Source of the DNA: a virus
Lineage: Duplodnaviria > Caudoviricetes
DNA length: 25,806 nt
IMG/VR virus record: IMGVR_UViG_3300011339_000398
Span: 1 to 25,806 of that record
Direction: 5' to 3' (one strand)
The first letter of the stretch is position 1; every line of letters starts with the position of its first letter. The translations under genes and the position numbers were made by a program. Positions 1 through 7,899 of the stretch are shown one piece after another. The notes beneath the pieces are model-generated. The model saw only the letters and a list, made by a program, of their open reading frames with translations. It had not been told where the DNA came from and did not search any database.

Positions 1-1
1 A

Positions 2-187
2 GAAAGTAAAGTAAGCCCGCGAGGTGGAAAACGCGGTTGCCTATGTAAAAACGGAAAATACAGTTCGAGATGTTGTGACGGTAGTTTACAAGCGCAAGGA
101 ATAGGGCAAACAGCGAGTGTAACGCCACAAAATGTTACAGTAACAGAAAACGACGGTGTAAGAACTATCGTTCGGGAAAACGGATAA
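2..187 (+). CDS. Partial (5'-truncated) small Cys-rich phage protein
   Basis: Open frame from the window edge: ESKVSPRGGKRGCLCKNGKYSSRCCDGSLQAQGIG...RENG, TAA at 185-187. CxC...CC motif; lies just upstream of the head genes. Confidence 0.75.
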   Translation, partial: ESKVSPRGGKRGCLCKNGKYSSRCCDGSLQAQGIGQTASVTPQNVTVTENDGVRTIVRENG

Positions 188-191
188 AAAG

Positions 192-227
192 GGAACAAAT
201 CAAAATAACAAAAGTTAAAGTAATATG
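192..227 (+). promoter_or_regulatory. Putative ECF-type late promoter (GGAAC-N17-GTTA-N7-ATG)
   Basis: GGAAC 192-196, GTTA 214-217, ATG 225. The same geometry recurs at 2850-2885 and 20755-20790. Confidence 0.6.
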
Positions 228-599
228 AATACAAGAAAAACAGTTTACAATAAGTTGTTTACCGAAAAAACGGAATTGTCTACGCATGAAATAGAATTAG
301 GATTAATTGACGAAGTTAAAAAGCTACAAGTTGTCGCTAATAATTCTCATGATAAAGCGATAAACGAATTAAAAAAAGCTGCTTCTGTTTTAGATAGTTC
401 AAATACGTTTTTTACAAATACTATTAAAGATTCAAAAGTAGTACTTGAAAACATAGATAAAGCCCGTTTAATGGCTAAAGATTTAGGAGTTGAATTACCA
501 AGTAATATAGACGCATTATATAAATATTACGATACTCAAATTAAAGATTCTGAATTATCTATAAAAGACATAAACCAATTTAAAAGTAAATTATTTTAA
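225..599 (+). CDS. Helical hypothetical protein, possible internal head protein with N-terminal targeting peptide
   Basis: 124 aa ORF before the scaffold gene. N-terminus MNTRKTVYNKLFTEKTELS, then coiled-coil-like sequence. Confidence 0.6.
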   Translation: MNTRKTVYNKLFTEKTELSTHEIELGLIDEVKKLQVVANNSHDKAINELKKAASVLDSSNTFFTNTIKDSKVVLENIDKARLMAKDLGVELPSNIDALYKYYDTQIKDSELSIKDINQFKSKLF

Positions 600-610
600 A
601 ATAAATAAAA

Positions 611-1186
611 ATGAAAAATAGCCTAATAAACCAAATTAAAACTTTACTCGGAATGGAAGTAAAGTTAGAACAAATGAAACTTGCTGACGGTGTTACAGTT
701 TTAGAAGCTGATTCTTTTGATTCAGGGATGGAAATTGTAATCGTAACAGAAGACGAACAAAAAATTCCTTTGCCAATTGGTGAATACGAAATGGAAGACG
801 GTCGTATTTTAGTAGTAGTAGAAGAAGGTATTATTTCAGAAGTTAAAGAAGTAGCTGAAGAAGAAGAAATGCCTGAAGTACCAGCTGAAGAAGTTCCTAC
901 TGAAGCGAAACAAGAAATGGAAACAGAAACTAAAACCGCACCTAAGAAAACAGTTGAAAGCGTAGTTAAAGAAACTTTCTTTTCAGAAATTGAAAAATTA
1001 AAAGAAGAAAACGAAATGTTAAAAGCTGAACTTGCTAAAACAAATAAAATAGAAGAAACAGAATTATCTGAAACTAAACCAATTTCTTTTAATCCTGAAA
1101 ACGAAAACCCTATTCACATTACAAAATTAGCGCCTAAAAGAACGCGTTCAATTATGGATAGTGTTTTATCAAAACTAAACAATTAA
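611..1186 (+). CDS. Capsid scaffolding protein
   Basis: Very acidic (E-rich) 191 aa protein with a coiled-coil segment and basic C-terminus, immediately upstream of the major capsid gene. Confidence 0.7.
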   Translation: MKNSLINQIKTLLGMEVKLEQMKLADGVTVLEADSFDSGMEIVIVTEDEQKIPLPIGEYEMEDGRILVVVEEGIISEVKEVAEEEEMPEVPAEEVPTEAKQEMETETKTAPKKTVESVVKETFFSEIEKLKEENEMLKAELAKTNKIEETELSETKPISFNPENENPIHITKLAPKRTRSIMDSVLSKLNN

Positions 1187-1214
1187 ATTATAAATATCTA
1201 AAAATCAACTAATT

Positions 1215-2165
1215 ATGGCGACTACGACATCAATTACAACCTCGTATGCCGGAGAATTTTCCGGAAAATACATAGCTGCTGCTTTATTAAGCGCGCCTAC
1301 CCTTGAGAAAGGTGGAATGACGATAATGCCTAATGTGAAATATAAGCAGGTAATTAAGCGTGTGAGTACAGATGACATAATCAAAAATGCTTCATGCGAT
1401 TACGACCCTACAAGTACAATTACTTTAACTGAAAAAGTTCTTCAACCTGAATCTTTTCAAGTTAACTTGACTTTGTGTAAATCTGATTTTCGTTCAGATT
1501 GGGACGCAATTCAAATGGGTTATTCAGCATTTGACGTATTACCAAAATCTTTTGCTGATTTCTTAATTGCACACGCTGCTGAAAAAGTTGCTGCTGGAAT
1601 GGAAACTTCAATTTGGCAAGGTGTTAACGCTACTGCTGGTCAGTTCGCTGGTATCATGACACAATTAACTACTGACGCTGCTTTACCAGCTGCTCAAGAA
1701 GTTGCAGGTACTACTGTTACTGCTTCAAACGTTATTGCTGAATTAGGTAAAATCGTTGACGCGTGTCCAGCTGCATTGTATGGAAAAGAAGATTTAACAT
1801 TGTATGTTTCTTCAAACATTTATAGAGCATACGTTAGGGCGTTGGGCGGTTTTGCCGCAAGTGGCGTAGGTTCAAATGGTTACGACAATAAAGGAACTAA
1901 CCAATCTTTGAATGATTTGTATTTCGACGGTGTTAAAATCTTTTTAGCTAACGGACTTGCTGCAAATACTGCGTTACTTTCCCAAGTATCTAACTTGTTC
2001 TTTGCGACATCGCTACTTTCGGACCTAAATGAAGTGCGAGTTTTGGACATGTCCGAAAATGACGGCTCACAAAATGTAAGAGTAATCATGCGTTTTACTG
2101 CAGATGCTAAATACGGTTTTGCTTCAGATTTAGTAACATACGGAATCACGAATTCAGCTAACTAA
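1215..2165 (+). CDS. Major capsid protein
   Basis: 316 aa, Ala/Thr-rich, strongly biased codons (GCT/ACT), follows the scaffold and ends at a strong terminator. Resembles Bacteroidota phage capsid proteins (TTSYAGEF..KYI start). Confidence 0.85.
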   Translation: MATTTSITTSYAGEFSGKYIAAALLSAPTLEKGGMTIMPNVKYKQVIKRVSTDDIIKNASCDYDPTSTITLTEKVLQPESFQVNLTLCKSDFRSDWDAIQMGYSAFDVLPKSFADFLIAHAAEKVAAGMETSIWQGVNATAGQFAGIMTQLTTDAALPAAQEVAGTTVTASNVIAELGKIVDACPAALYGKEDLTLYVSSNIYRAYVRALGGFAASGVGSNGYDNKGTNQSLNDLYFDGVKIFLANGLAANTALLSQVSNLFFATSLLSDLNEVRVLDMSENDGSQNVRVIMRFTADAKYGFASDLVTYGITNSAN

Positions 2166-2185
2166 TTTACTATAAATTAAATAAT

Positions 2186-2215
2186 AGGGTGGTGCAATAT
2201 ACGCCACCCTTTTTT
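2186..2215 (+). terminator. Rho-independent terminator
   Basis: AGGGTGGTG-caatata-CGCCACCCT hairpin followed by a T-run. Confidence 0.9.
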
Positions 2216-2238
2216 ATTAAACATTAAAAACTAAAAAT

Positions 2239-2796
2239 ATGAGCTGCGATATAGCAAACGGAAGATTGGAAGCGTGCAAAGACGCGATTTCAGGGCTTTT
2301 AAACATTTATTTTATCAATTACGGGGATTTGTCTACCGATACTATTACTTACAGTGCTTCGCCAAATGACGATGTTATTGAAACTTGGTATCCTAACATG
2401 AATATTAACCTTTACAAATACGAATTAAAAGGTGCAAATGGATTCGACCAAACTATTCAAACATCTCGTGATAACGGTACTACATTCTTTGAACAAGTAT
2501 TAACTGTTCAATTAAAGAAACAAGATATTGCTACACACAAAAACGTTAAAATGTTAGCATACGGACGTCCAAGAATTGTTGTTGAAACAAGAGACCACCA
2601 ATTCTTTTTGGCTGGATTAGAACAAGGTTGTGACGTAACTGCTGGAAATGTTTCTTCCGGTACTGCAATGGGAGATTTTAACGGATATAACCTTACATTT
2701 ACTGCAATGGAAAGAATACCGGCTAACTTCTTAGAATGTACTTCAGAAGCGACTTTATCTGCATTATTTGATGGTGCTGATATTGTAGCGTCTTAA
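2239..2796 (+). CDS. Major tail tube protein (probable)
   Basis: 185 aa beta-rich protein (CKDAISGL..IYF, NGTTFFEQ, GDFNGYNLTF), flanked by terminators like a highly expressed structural gene. Confidence 0.65.
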   Translation: MSCDIANGRLEACKDAISGLLNIYFINYGDLSTDTITYSASPNDDVIETWYPNMNINLYKYELKGANGFDQTIQTSRDNGTTFFEQVLTVQLKKQDIATHKNVKMLAYGRPRIVVETRDHQFFLAGLEQGCDVTAGNVSSGTAMGDFNGYNLTFTAMERIPANFLECTSEATLSALFDGADIVAS

Positions 2797-2818
2797 TAGA
2801 ATTTTACTTGCATAATTT

Positions 2819-2845
2819 AACCGCTTAGAAATAGGCGGTTTTTTT
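2819..2845 (+). terminator. Rho-independent terminator
   Basis: AACCGCTTA-gaaa-TAGGCGGTT hairpin followed by a T-run. Confidence 0.9.
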
Positions 2846-2849
2846 ATTT

Positions 2850-2885
2850 CGGACAAAATCAACTTTTTTTAGTTATATATATATG
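2850..2885 (+). promoter_or_regulatory. Putative late promoter (CGGAC-N17-GTTA-N7-ATG)
   Basis: Directly after a terminator, where re-initiation is needed. GTTA at 2872-2875, ATG at 2883. Confidence 0.6.
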
Positions 2886-3215
2886 ATTGTATTAACTACC
2901 GACACAACGCCCCAAACATTCGTGTTTATACCGCGTAATTCGTCTTTCGATACGGTAGAAATAACCGACGAACAAACGAATGTAATGGTATCAATAGATA
3001 CTTATACACACACTGAAGGCGATTATTACGACACGTTAGAAGCTGAATTTAATTTAGTTGAAAATCATTTTTACAATTTGGTAATAAAAGACGGAACTGC
3101 AATAGTTTACAGAGATAAAATATTTTGTACAAATCAGCCTTTAGTAACATTTTCCGTAAATAACGGTCAGTATGTTTCAAACAGTACAACAAACGAATTT
3201 ATAGTTTATGAATAA
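2883..3215 (+). CDS. Hypothetical structural protein (beta-rich)
   Basis: 110 aa ORF overlapping the portal start. Confidence 0.65.
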   Translation: MIVLTTDTTPQTFVFIPRNSSFDTVEITDEQTNVMVSIDTYTHTEGDYYDTLEAEFNLVENHFYNLVIKDGTAIVYRDKIFCTNQPLVTFSVNNGQYVSNSTTNEFIVYE

Positions 3216-5004
3216 TATACACGTTCTAAATTTAAGTGCATATACAACACCGGTAATTCAGGAGCCCAAAAGAGAAAATTGGGTAGAATTTGGCGAAGAT
3301 AATAATTACTTCAATTTTTTAATAGATAGATACACAAATTCAACAACGAACAACTCGCTTATAAACAATATTAGTAGACTAATTTACGGACGTGGATTAA
3401 GTGCAATAGACGCGAATAAAAAGCCTAATGAGTATGCTCAAATGATGGCTTTGTTTAGTAAGGATTGTGTTCGTAAAATGGTTATTGATAGAAAAATGTT
3501 AGGTCAGTTTGCTATTCAAGTACACTATTCTAAAGACCATAAAAAAATTCTTAAAGTTTACCATATACCCGTTAATCTTTTACGCGCTGAAAAGTGCAAT
3601 AAAGAAGGTGAAATTGAAGGTTACTATTATTCCGATAATTGGGAAGATACAAGAAAGTATGTACCTAAAAGAATACCCGCTTTTGGTTTTTCAAACGAAC
3701 AAGTAGAAATAATGTTTGTAAGACCTTATTCAGTTGGAATGAAATATTATTCTAATGTTGACTATCAAGGTTCTATTCCATATTGCGTTCTTGAAGAAGA
3801 AGTAGCTGATTATTTAATTAACGAAGTTAAAAACGGTTTTTCAGGGACTAAGGTAGTAAACTTTAACAACGGTTTACCAAGTCAAGAACAACAAGAAATT
3901 ATTACTTCTAAAGTTCTTGGAAAGCTAACGGGTTCACGTGGCCAAAAAGTAATCGTAGCATTTAACCAAAACGCGGAAAGTAAAACTACGGTAGACGATA
4001 TTCCGTTAAATGATGCTCCAGACCATTACACGTATTTAAGTGAAGAATGTTTACGTAAAATAATGTTAGGCCACAACGTAACAAGTCCGTTATTATTTGG
4101 TATTGCAAGTGCAAATGGATTTAGTTCGAATGCGGATGAATTAAAAAATTCAAGTATCTTATTTGACAATATGGTTATACGTCCATTTCAAGAAGAAATA
4201 TTAGACGCGTTCGATACGATTTTAGCATACAACGGAATTAGTTTAAAGTTATTCTTTAAGACTTTACAACCTTTAGAATTTGTAGATTTAGAAAATACAC
4301 AAACTGAAGAACAAGTAGCTGAAGAAACGGGTACGGAACTAAGCAAAGTAAACACGGAATTAGAAGAAATATTATCTGAAGTAGACGCGAACCAATTAGG
4401 TGAAGGTTGGGTTTTAGTAGATGAAAGAGAAAGTTCAGATAGCGATGAAGAATTAGATTTACAATTAATTAAAGCTGAAAGCGATTTAGAGCCTAAAACA
4501 ACGCTTTTAAGCCGCTTTATTAACTTAGTTCAGACTGGTAACCCAATGCCGAAATTAAAGAGCGTACAAGACAAAAAAGTTGGTGATTTAAAATACTTCA
4601 AAGTAAGGTACAAATACACAGGAAATAAAAATCCTGAAAGAGATTTTTGCAAAGCTATGATGGCTAAGGAAGAAAGACTATTTAGAAAGGAAGATATAGA
4701 CGCAATGAGTAGAAGGACGGTAAATCCGGGTTGGGGTGAATTTGGCGCAAATACATACGATATTTTCAAGTATAAAGGCGGTGCAAGATGCCACCACAAA
4801 TTTAGCCGTGTAACTTATATGTTAGATTTAAACGCTATTGAAAAAGGTTATGCGGAAATAGGAACGCGTGCAGCTGAAATAAAAGGTTACAAAGTTACAA
4901 ATCCGTACGAAGTTTCAATATATCCAAATAATTTACCTTTAAATGGATTTAGTCCAAACAACCCAAACACGGGCGGTAAAATGTTAAAAGAAAAAGAACA
5001 ATAA
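3208..5004 (+). CDS. Portal protein with C-terminal Cys/His (MuF-like) extension
   Basis: The N-terminal ~375 aa has portal-like features (FGEDNNY, YTNSTTNN..I, IMLGHNVTSPLLFGI, VIRPFQEEI). After an acidic linker comes a ~220 aa domain with RDFC...KGGARCHH. Confidence 0.8.
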   Translation: MNNIHVLNLSAYTTPVIQEPKRENWVEFGEDNNYFNFLIDRYTNSTTNNSLINNISRLIYGRGLSAIDANKKPNEYAQMMALFSKDCVRKMVIDRKMLGQFAIQVHYSKDHKKILKVYHIPVNLLRAEKCNKEGEIEGYYYSDNWEDTRKYVPKRIPAFGFSNEQVEIMFVRPYSVGMKYYSNVDYQGSIPYCVLEEEVADYLINEVKNGFSGTKVVNFNNGLPSQEQQEIITSKVLGKLTGSRGQKVIVAFNQNAESKTTVDDIPLNDAPDHYTYLSEECLRKIMLGHNVTSPLLFGIASANGFSSNADELKNSSILFDNMVIRPFQEEILDAFDTILAYNGISLKLFFKTLQPLEFVDLENTQTEEQVAEETGTELSKVNTELEEILSEVDANQLGEGWVLVDERESSDSDEELDLQLIKAESDLEPKTTLLSRFINLVQTGNPMPKLKSVQDKKVGDLKYFKVRYKYTGNKNPERDFCKAMMAKEERLFRKEDIDAMSRRTVNPGWGEFGANTYDIFKYKGGARCHHKFSRVTYMLDLNAIEKGYAEIGTRAAEIKGYKVTNPYEVSIYPNNLPLNGFSPNNPNTGGKMLKEKEQ

Positions 5005-5005
5005 A

Positions 5006-5506
5006 ATGGCTGAAGCATTATTAGTTACACGAAATGACATTGTAAAATTTACCGCTTTAAACGGTAATGTAGACACGGATAATTTTATTCAGTGGGTAAA
5101 AGTCGCTCAAGATATTCATATACAAAATTATTTAGGTACTGATTTAATTCAAAGAATTCAAACGGATATTATAAACGATACTTTAAGCGGGGATTATTTA
5201 AACTTAGTTGTTACGTATATAAAACCGATGCTTATACACTGGGCTATGGTAGAATATTTACCATTTGCAGCTTATACAATAGCTAATAAAGGGGTGTATA
5301 AACATAACTCGGAAAACTCTACCAACGTAGAAAAAAACGAAATAGATTATTTAGTTGAAAAAGAAAAAAGCATAGCGCAGCATTATACAGAAAGATTTAT
5401 TGATTATATGAGTTTTAATCAATCTTTATTTCCTGAATACAACAGTAATTCAAACGGAAATATGTACCCAGATACACAAAACAATTATACGGGATGGTTT
5501 ATTTAA
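5006..5506 (+). CDS. Head-tail adaptor/connector protein (probable)
   Basis: 166 aa helical protein directly after the portal (AQDIHIQNYLGT..L, YIKPML). Confidence 0.6.
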   Translation: MAEALLVTRNDIVKFTALNGNVDTDNFIQWVKVAQDIHIQNYLGTDLIQRIQTDIINDTLSGDYLNLVVTYIKPMLIHWAMVEYLPFAAYTIANKGVYKHNSENSTNVEKNEIDYLVEKEKSIAQHYTERFIDYMSFNQSLFPEYNSNSNGNMYPDTQNNYTGWFI

Positions 5507-5589
5507 AGAAGTACAAACCAAAAGACGAAAACGTCAAAAAGTTAAAAGCTTATTTGGTTAAATTAAATAGCGATAAAAATGGCAAATAG
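5494..5589 (+). CDS. Small basic peptide (31 aa)
   Basis: MVYLKKYKPKDENVKKLKAYLVKLNSDKNGK; fills the gap and overlaps both neighbours. Confidence 0.5.
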   Translation: MVYLKKYKPKDENVKKLKAYLVKLNSDKNGK

Positions 5590-6460
5590 TAACGGTTGGG
5601 GAGATGGCGCGGCAAACAACGCAATAGGTTGGGGACAAGGCGCAAATAACGCGATAGGTTGGGGAGATTCACACGCCAAAAGTTGGGCAAGTTTAACTGA
5701 TATTGTAGGAGTTACAACTGATTCAGATGCGCAAGCTTTTATAACGGCTGCGGCAATAACAGACCCTACACAAAAAGCGGCTATTAATACTTTAGTAGTT
5801 GATTTGAAAGGTTATTCTATTTGGAGTAAAATGAAAGCGGTTTATCCGTTTGTAGGAGGTACAAGTTCAACCCATAAATTTAACTTGAAAGACCCAAGAG
5901 ACTTGGACGCTGCGTTTAGATTAACATTTGTTGGTGGGCTTACTCATAGCTCAACGGGTATAAAAGGTAACGGAACTAATGGATATTTTAGGACTTATTT
6001 ATTAGCCAATACAGACCTACCACAAGATAATAACGCTTCGGGTGCTTATATTAGAACAAATATAGCAGAAGATACGGTTGACTATGGATTTATAGCAACA
6101 AGTGGGCATACAATTTCATCAAGATTAATAGGTAATTTATTTAGAACAAGAAATTTTGGAAACGCTCCTGACATTTCTAATTTAGATTCAAGAGGATTTT
6201 ACCAAACAACAAGGAGAAATTCAAGTGGTTATGTAAGTGTAAAAAATACTACAAAAACAACTAATACAATTACATCTATTGTTTCAGGTTCTAATATAGA
6301 AAGTTATGGATTAGCTTGTAATTTTGCTGGACCACAATTTTATTCAAGTAGAGAATTTGCATTACATTACTACGCAAATAGTTCAATGAGTAATACTGAA
6401 TTAGATAATATGAACACGGCGGTACAAGCATTTCAAACAACTTTAGGTCGTAACGTATGA
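5579..6460 (+). CDS. Virion fibre/decoration-like protein with N-terminal GWG repeats
   Basis: 293 aa, T/S/N/G-rich. Three GWG repeats, a DAQAFITAAAITD..Q..AIN.LV.DLK segment, then a beta-rich (lectin-like?) region. Confidence 0.55.
   Translation: MANSNGWGDGAANNAIGWGQGANNAIGWGDSHAKSWASLTDIVGVTTDSDAQAFITAAAITDPTQKAAINTLVVDLKGYSIWSKMKAVYPFVGGTSSTHKFNLKDPRDLDAAFRLTFVGGLTHSSTGIKGNGTNGYFRTYLLANTDLPQDNNASGAYIRTNIAEDTVDYGFIATSGHTISSRLIGNLFRTRNFGNAPDISNLDSRGFYQTTRRNSSGYVSVKNTTKTTNTITSIVSGSNIESYGLACNFAGPQFYSSREFALHYYANSSMSNTELDNMNTAVQAFQTTLGRNV
5581..5667 (+). repeat. Imperfect ~30-bp coding tandem repeat (AN[N/S]..GWG x3)
   Basis: gcaaacaacgcaataggttggggaca (5612) and gcaaataacgcgataggttggggaga (5642), plus a degenerate copy at 5582. 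Confidence 0.8.
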
Positions 6461-6708
6461 AACTAACACAACTAACAGCAGAACAAAAAACAACGTATGT
6501 AGGCTTACTTACGGAGTTACAAAAAGACGAATTAATTGGACAATTATATGCGCCAGATTCTTACTATAATCCAATTCAAGATTTAAATTTAAATTGGGTA
6601 ATATCAATCGAAGAAATCGAGCAAACAGTAACACCTGAATTTCTTTGGGTAAAAGATTTGGAAATGATACCATACGAACCAAAACCAAACCCACCTTTTG
6701 AAGCATGA
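6457..6708 (+). CDS. Small acidic protein, possible fibre-associated chaperone
   Basis: 83 aa, ATGA-coupled to the upstream fibre-like gene. Confidence 0.6.
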   Translation: MKLTQLTAEQKTTYVGLLTELQKDELIGQLYAPDSYYNPIQDLNLNWVISIEEIEQTVTPEFLWVKDLEMIPYEPKPNPPFEA

Positions 6709-6938
6709 CACCAATAGACAAATTTTTAGAAATAATTAAAAAGCATGGCGCAATGGGTGTTTTAGCTTTGTGGCTTTCGTATACCCATTTCGAAGTTCAG
6801 GATTTAAAAGCAAGGTTATTTAACTGTTTAGAAAAAAAAGTAACTTTAGTAAACCCTGAAATAAACAACAAAAATAATATTTACGCAACTTTACCCGAAA
6901 AATTAAAATATGTCAAACGTAAAAAGTTACACGGATAA
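6705..6938 (+). CDS. Putative holin / lysis membrane protein
   Basis: Single hydrophobic stretch (GAMGVLALWLSY), basic C-terminus, overlaps the endolysin start. Confidence 0.5.
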   Translation: MTPIDKFLEIIKKHGAMGVLALWLSYTHFEVQDLKARLFNCLEKKVTLVNPEINNKNNIYATLPEKLKYVKRKKLHG

Positions 6939-7458
6939 ACAGTTACTTGATAAAGTAATGTCTTTAGACACGTTCAAAACGTTACCACCGCATTTATGGC
7001 TTTTGTTTATTCGTTCAAATGAAGATGCAAACGATATATTCGACGATAAATGTTACATATTTAAGTTTAACCAATTTCAGTTGGTTACAAGTTGTACCAC
7101 AAACAAAGGAAATAAAGGTACTGCGGTAATGGAAGCGGGCGCATGGTATTACGATTCTTACGCGTACGGCTTGCATAAAGGCAAAATGCCGGCATTACGT
7201 CAAGTAAAAGGCATTCCGTATAGACGTGATTTTACAAACGACCTTAAAACGAACCCAACAACCGAGATAAAAAGAGATTTAATTAATATGAATATTCACG
7301 GTTCAACTTATAATCAAGGTTCTAAACAAGTTTCTACAAGAATAGGCGGCTGGAGTGAAGGGTGTTTAGTATTAAATAATAATGCTGAATACGAAAAAAT
7401 AATTCAAATGGCTAAATTATATCCAAGTGTTTCAATATGTTTAATTAACGAATTTTAA
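6910..7458 (+). CDS. Putative endolysin with L,D-transpeptidase (YkuD)-like catalytic motif
   Basis: NIHG-x(13)-GGWSEGCLV resembles the H...S.GC His/Cys motif; positioned in the lysis module. Confidence 0.7.
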   Translation: MSNVKSYTDKQLLDKVMSLDTFKTLPPHLWLLFIRSNEDANDIFDDKCYIFKFNQFQLVTSCTTNKGNKGTAVMEAGAWYYDSYAYGLHKGKMPALRQVKGIPYRRDFTNDLKTNPTTEIKRDLINMNIHGSTYNQGSKQVSTRIGGWSEGCLVLNNNAEYEKIIQMAKLYPSVSICLINEF

Positions 7459-7459
7459 A

Positions 7460-7738
7460 ATGGCAAAGAAAGTAAAAGTAGATTTAGAACTTGGAAACAC
7501 GAAAGTAAAAGTTTCTAAAGAGGGCAAAGATTTAGACGTTAGCGTAGATACTAAAAACATAGACGTAGAAGTACACAAAGACGAAGATTCAAAAGAGTTT
7601 AAATACAACGGTAAAAAGTTGGATATTGATATTAAAAAAGATACTGAAGGCGTAGAAGTAAGTTTAAACGCTGAAACTGGTTTATTAAAGTGGTTAGGTA
7701 AAATTATTTCTAAGGTAGTTTTACGACGCTTTAAATGA
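7460..7738 (+). CDS. Beta-repeat protein with cationic amphipathic C-terminal helix
   Basis: 92 aa; ~20-aa repeats of alternating hydrophobic/charged residues; ends GLLKWLGKIISKVVLRRFK. Confidence 0.7.
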   Translation: MAKKVKVDLELGNTKVKVSKEGKDLDVSVDTKNIDVEVHKDEDSKEFKYNGKKLDIDIKKDTEGVEVSLNAETGLLKWLGKIISKVVLRRFK

Positions 7739-7899
7739 AAAATGAAGTAAATCATTTACACACTACATTAAACGTTTCTAATAGCGTTAAAACACAATAT
7801 AAACACGAACAAATAGATTTTACCCCGTTCCTTTTAGGGTTTGCGGTGGGTTTTATTTGCTTATACTTAATAATCAAACATGGTAGAGAAAATTTCTAA
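7735..7899 (+). CDS. Small membrane protein (54 aa) with C-terminal TM helix
   Basis: ATGA overlap with the upstream stop; MKNEVNHL...FTPFLLGFAVGFICLYLIIKHGRENF. Confidence 0.55.
   Translation: MKNEVNHLHTTLNVSNSVKTQYKHEQIDFTPFLLGFAVGFICLYLIIKHGRENF

Noticed and set aside
3509-3706. 65-aa + strand ORF inside the portal gene
   Set aside because: Non-ATG start, fully nested out of frame, no supporting signal.
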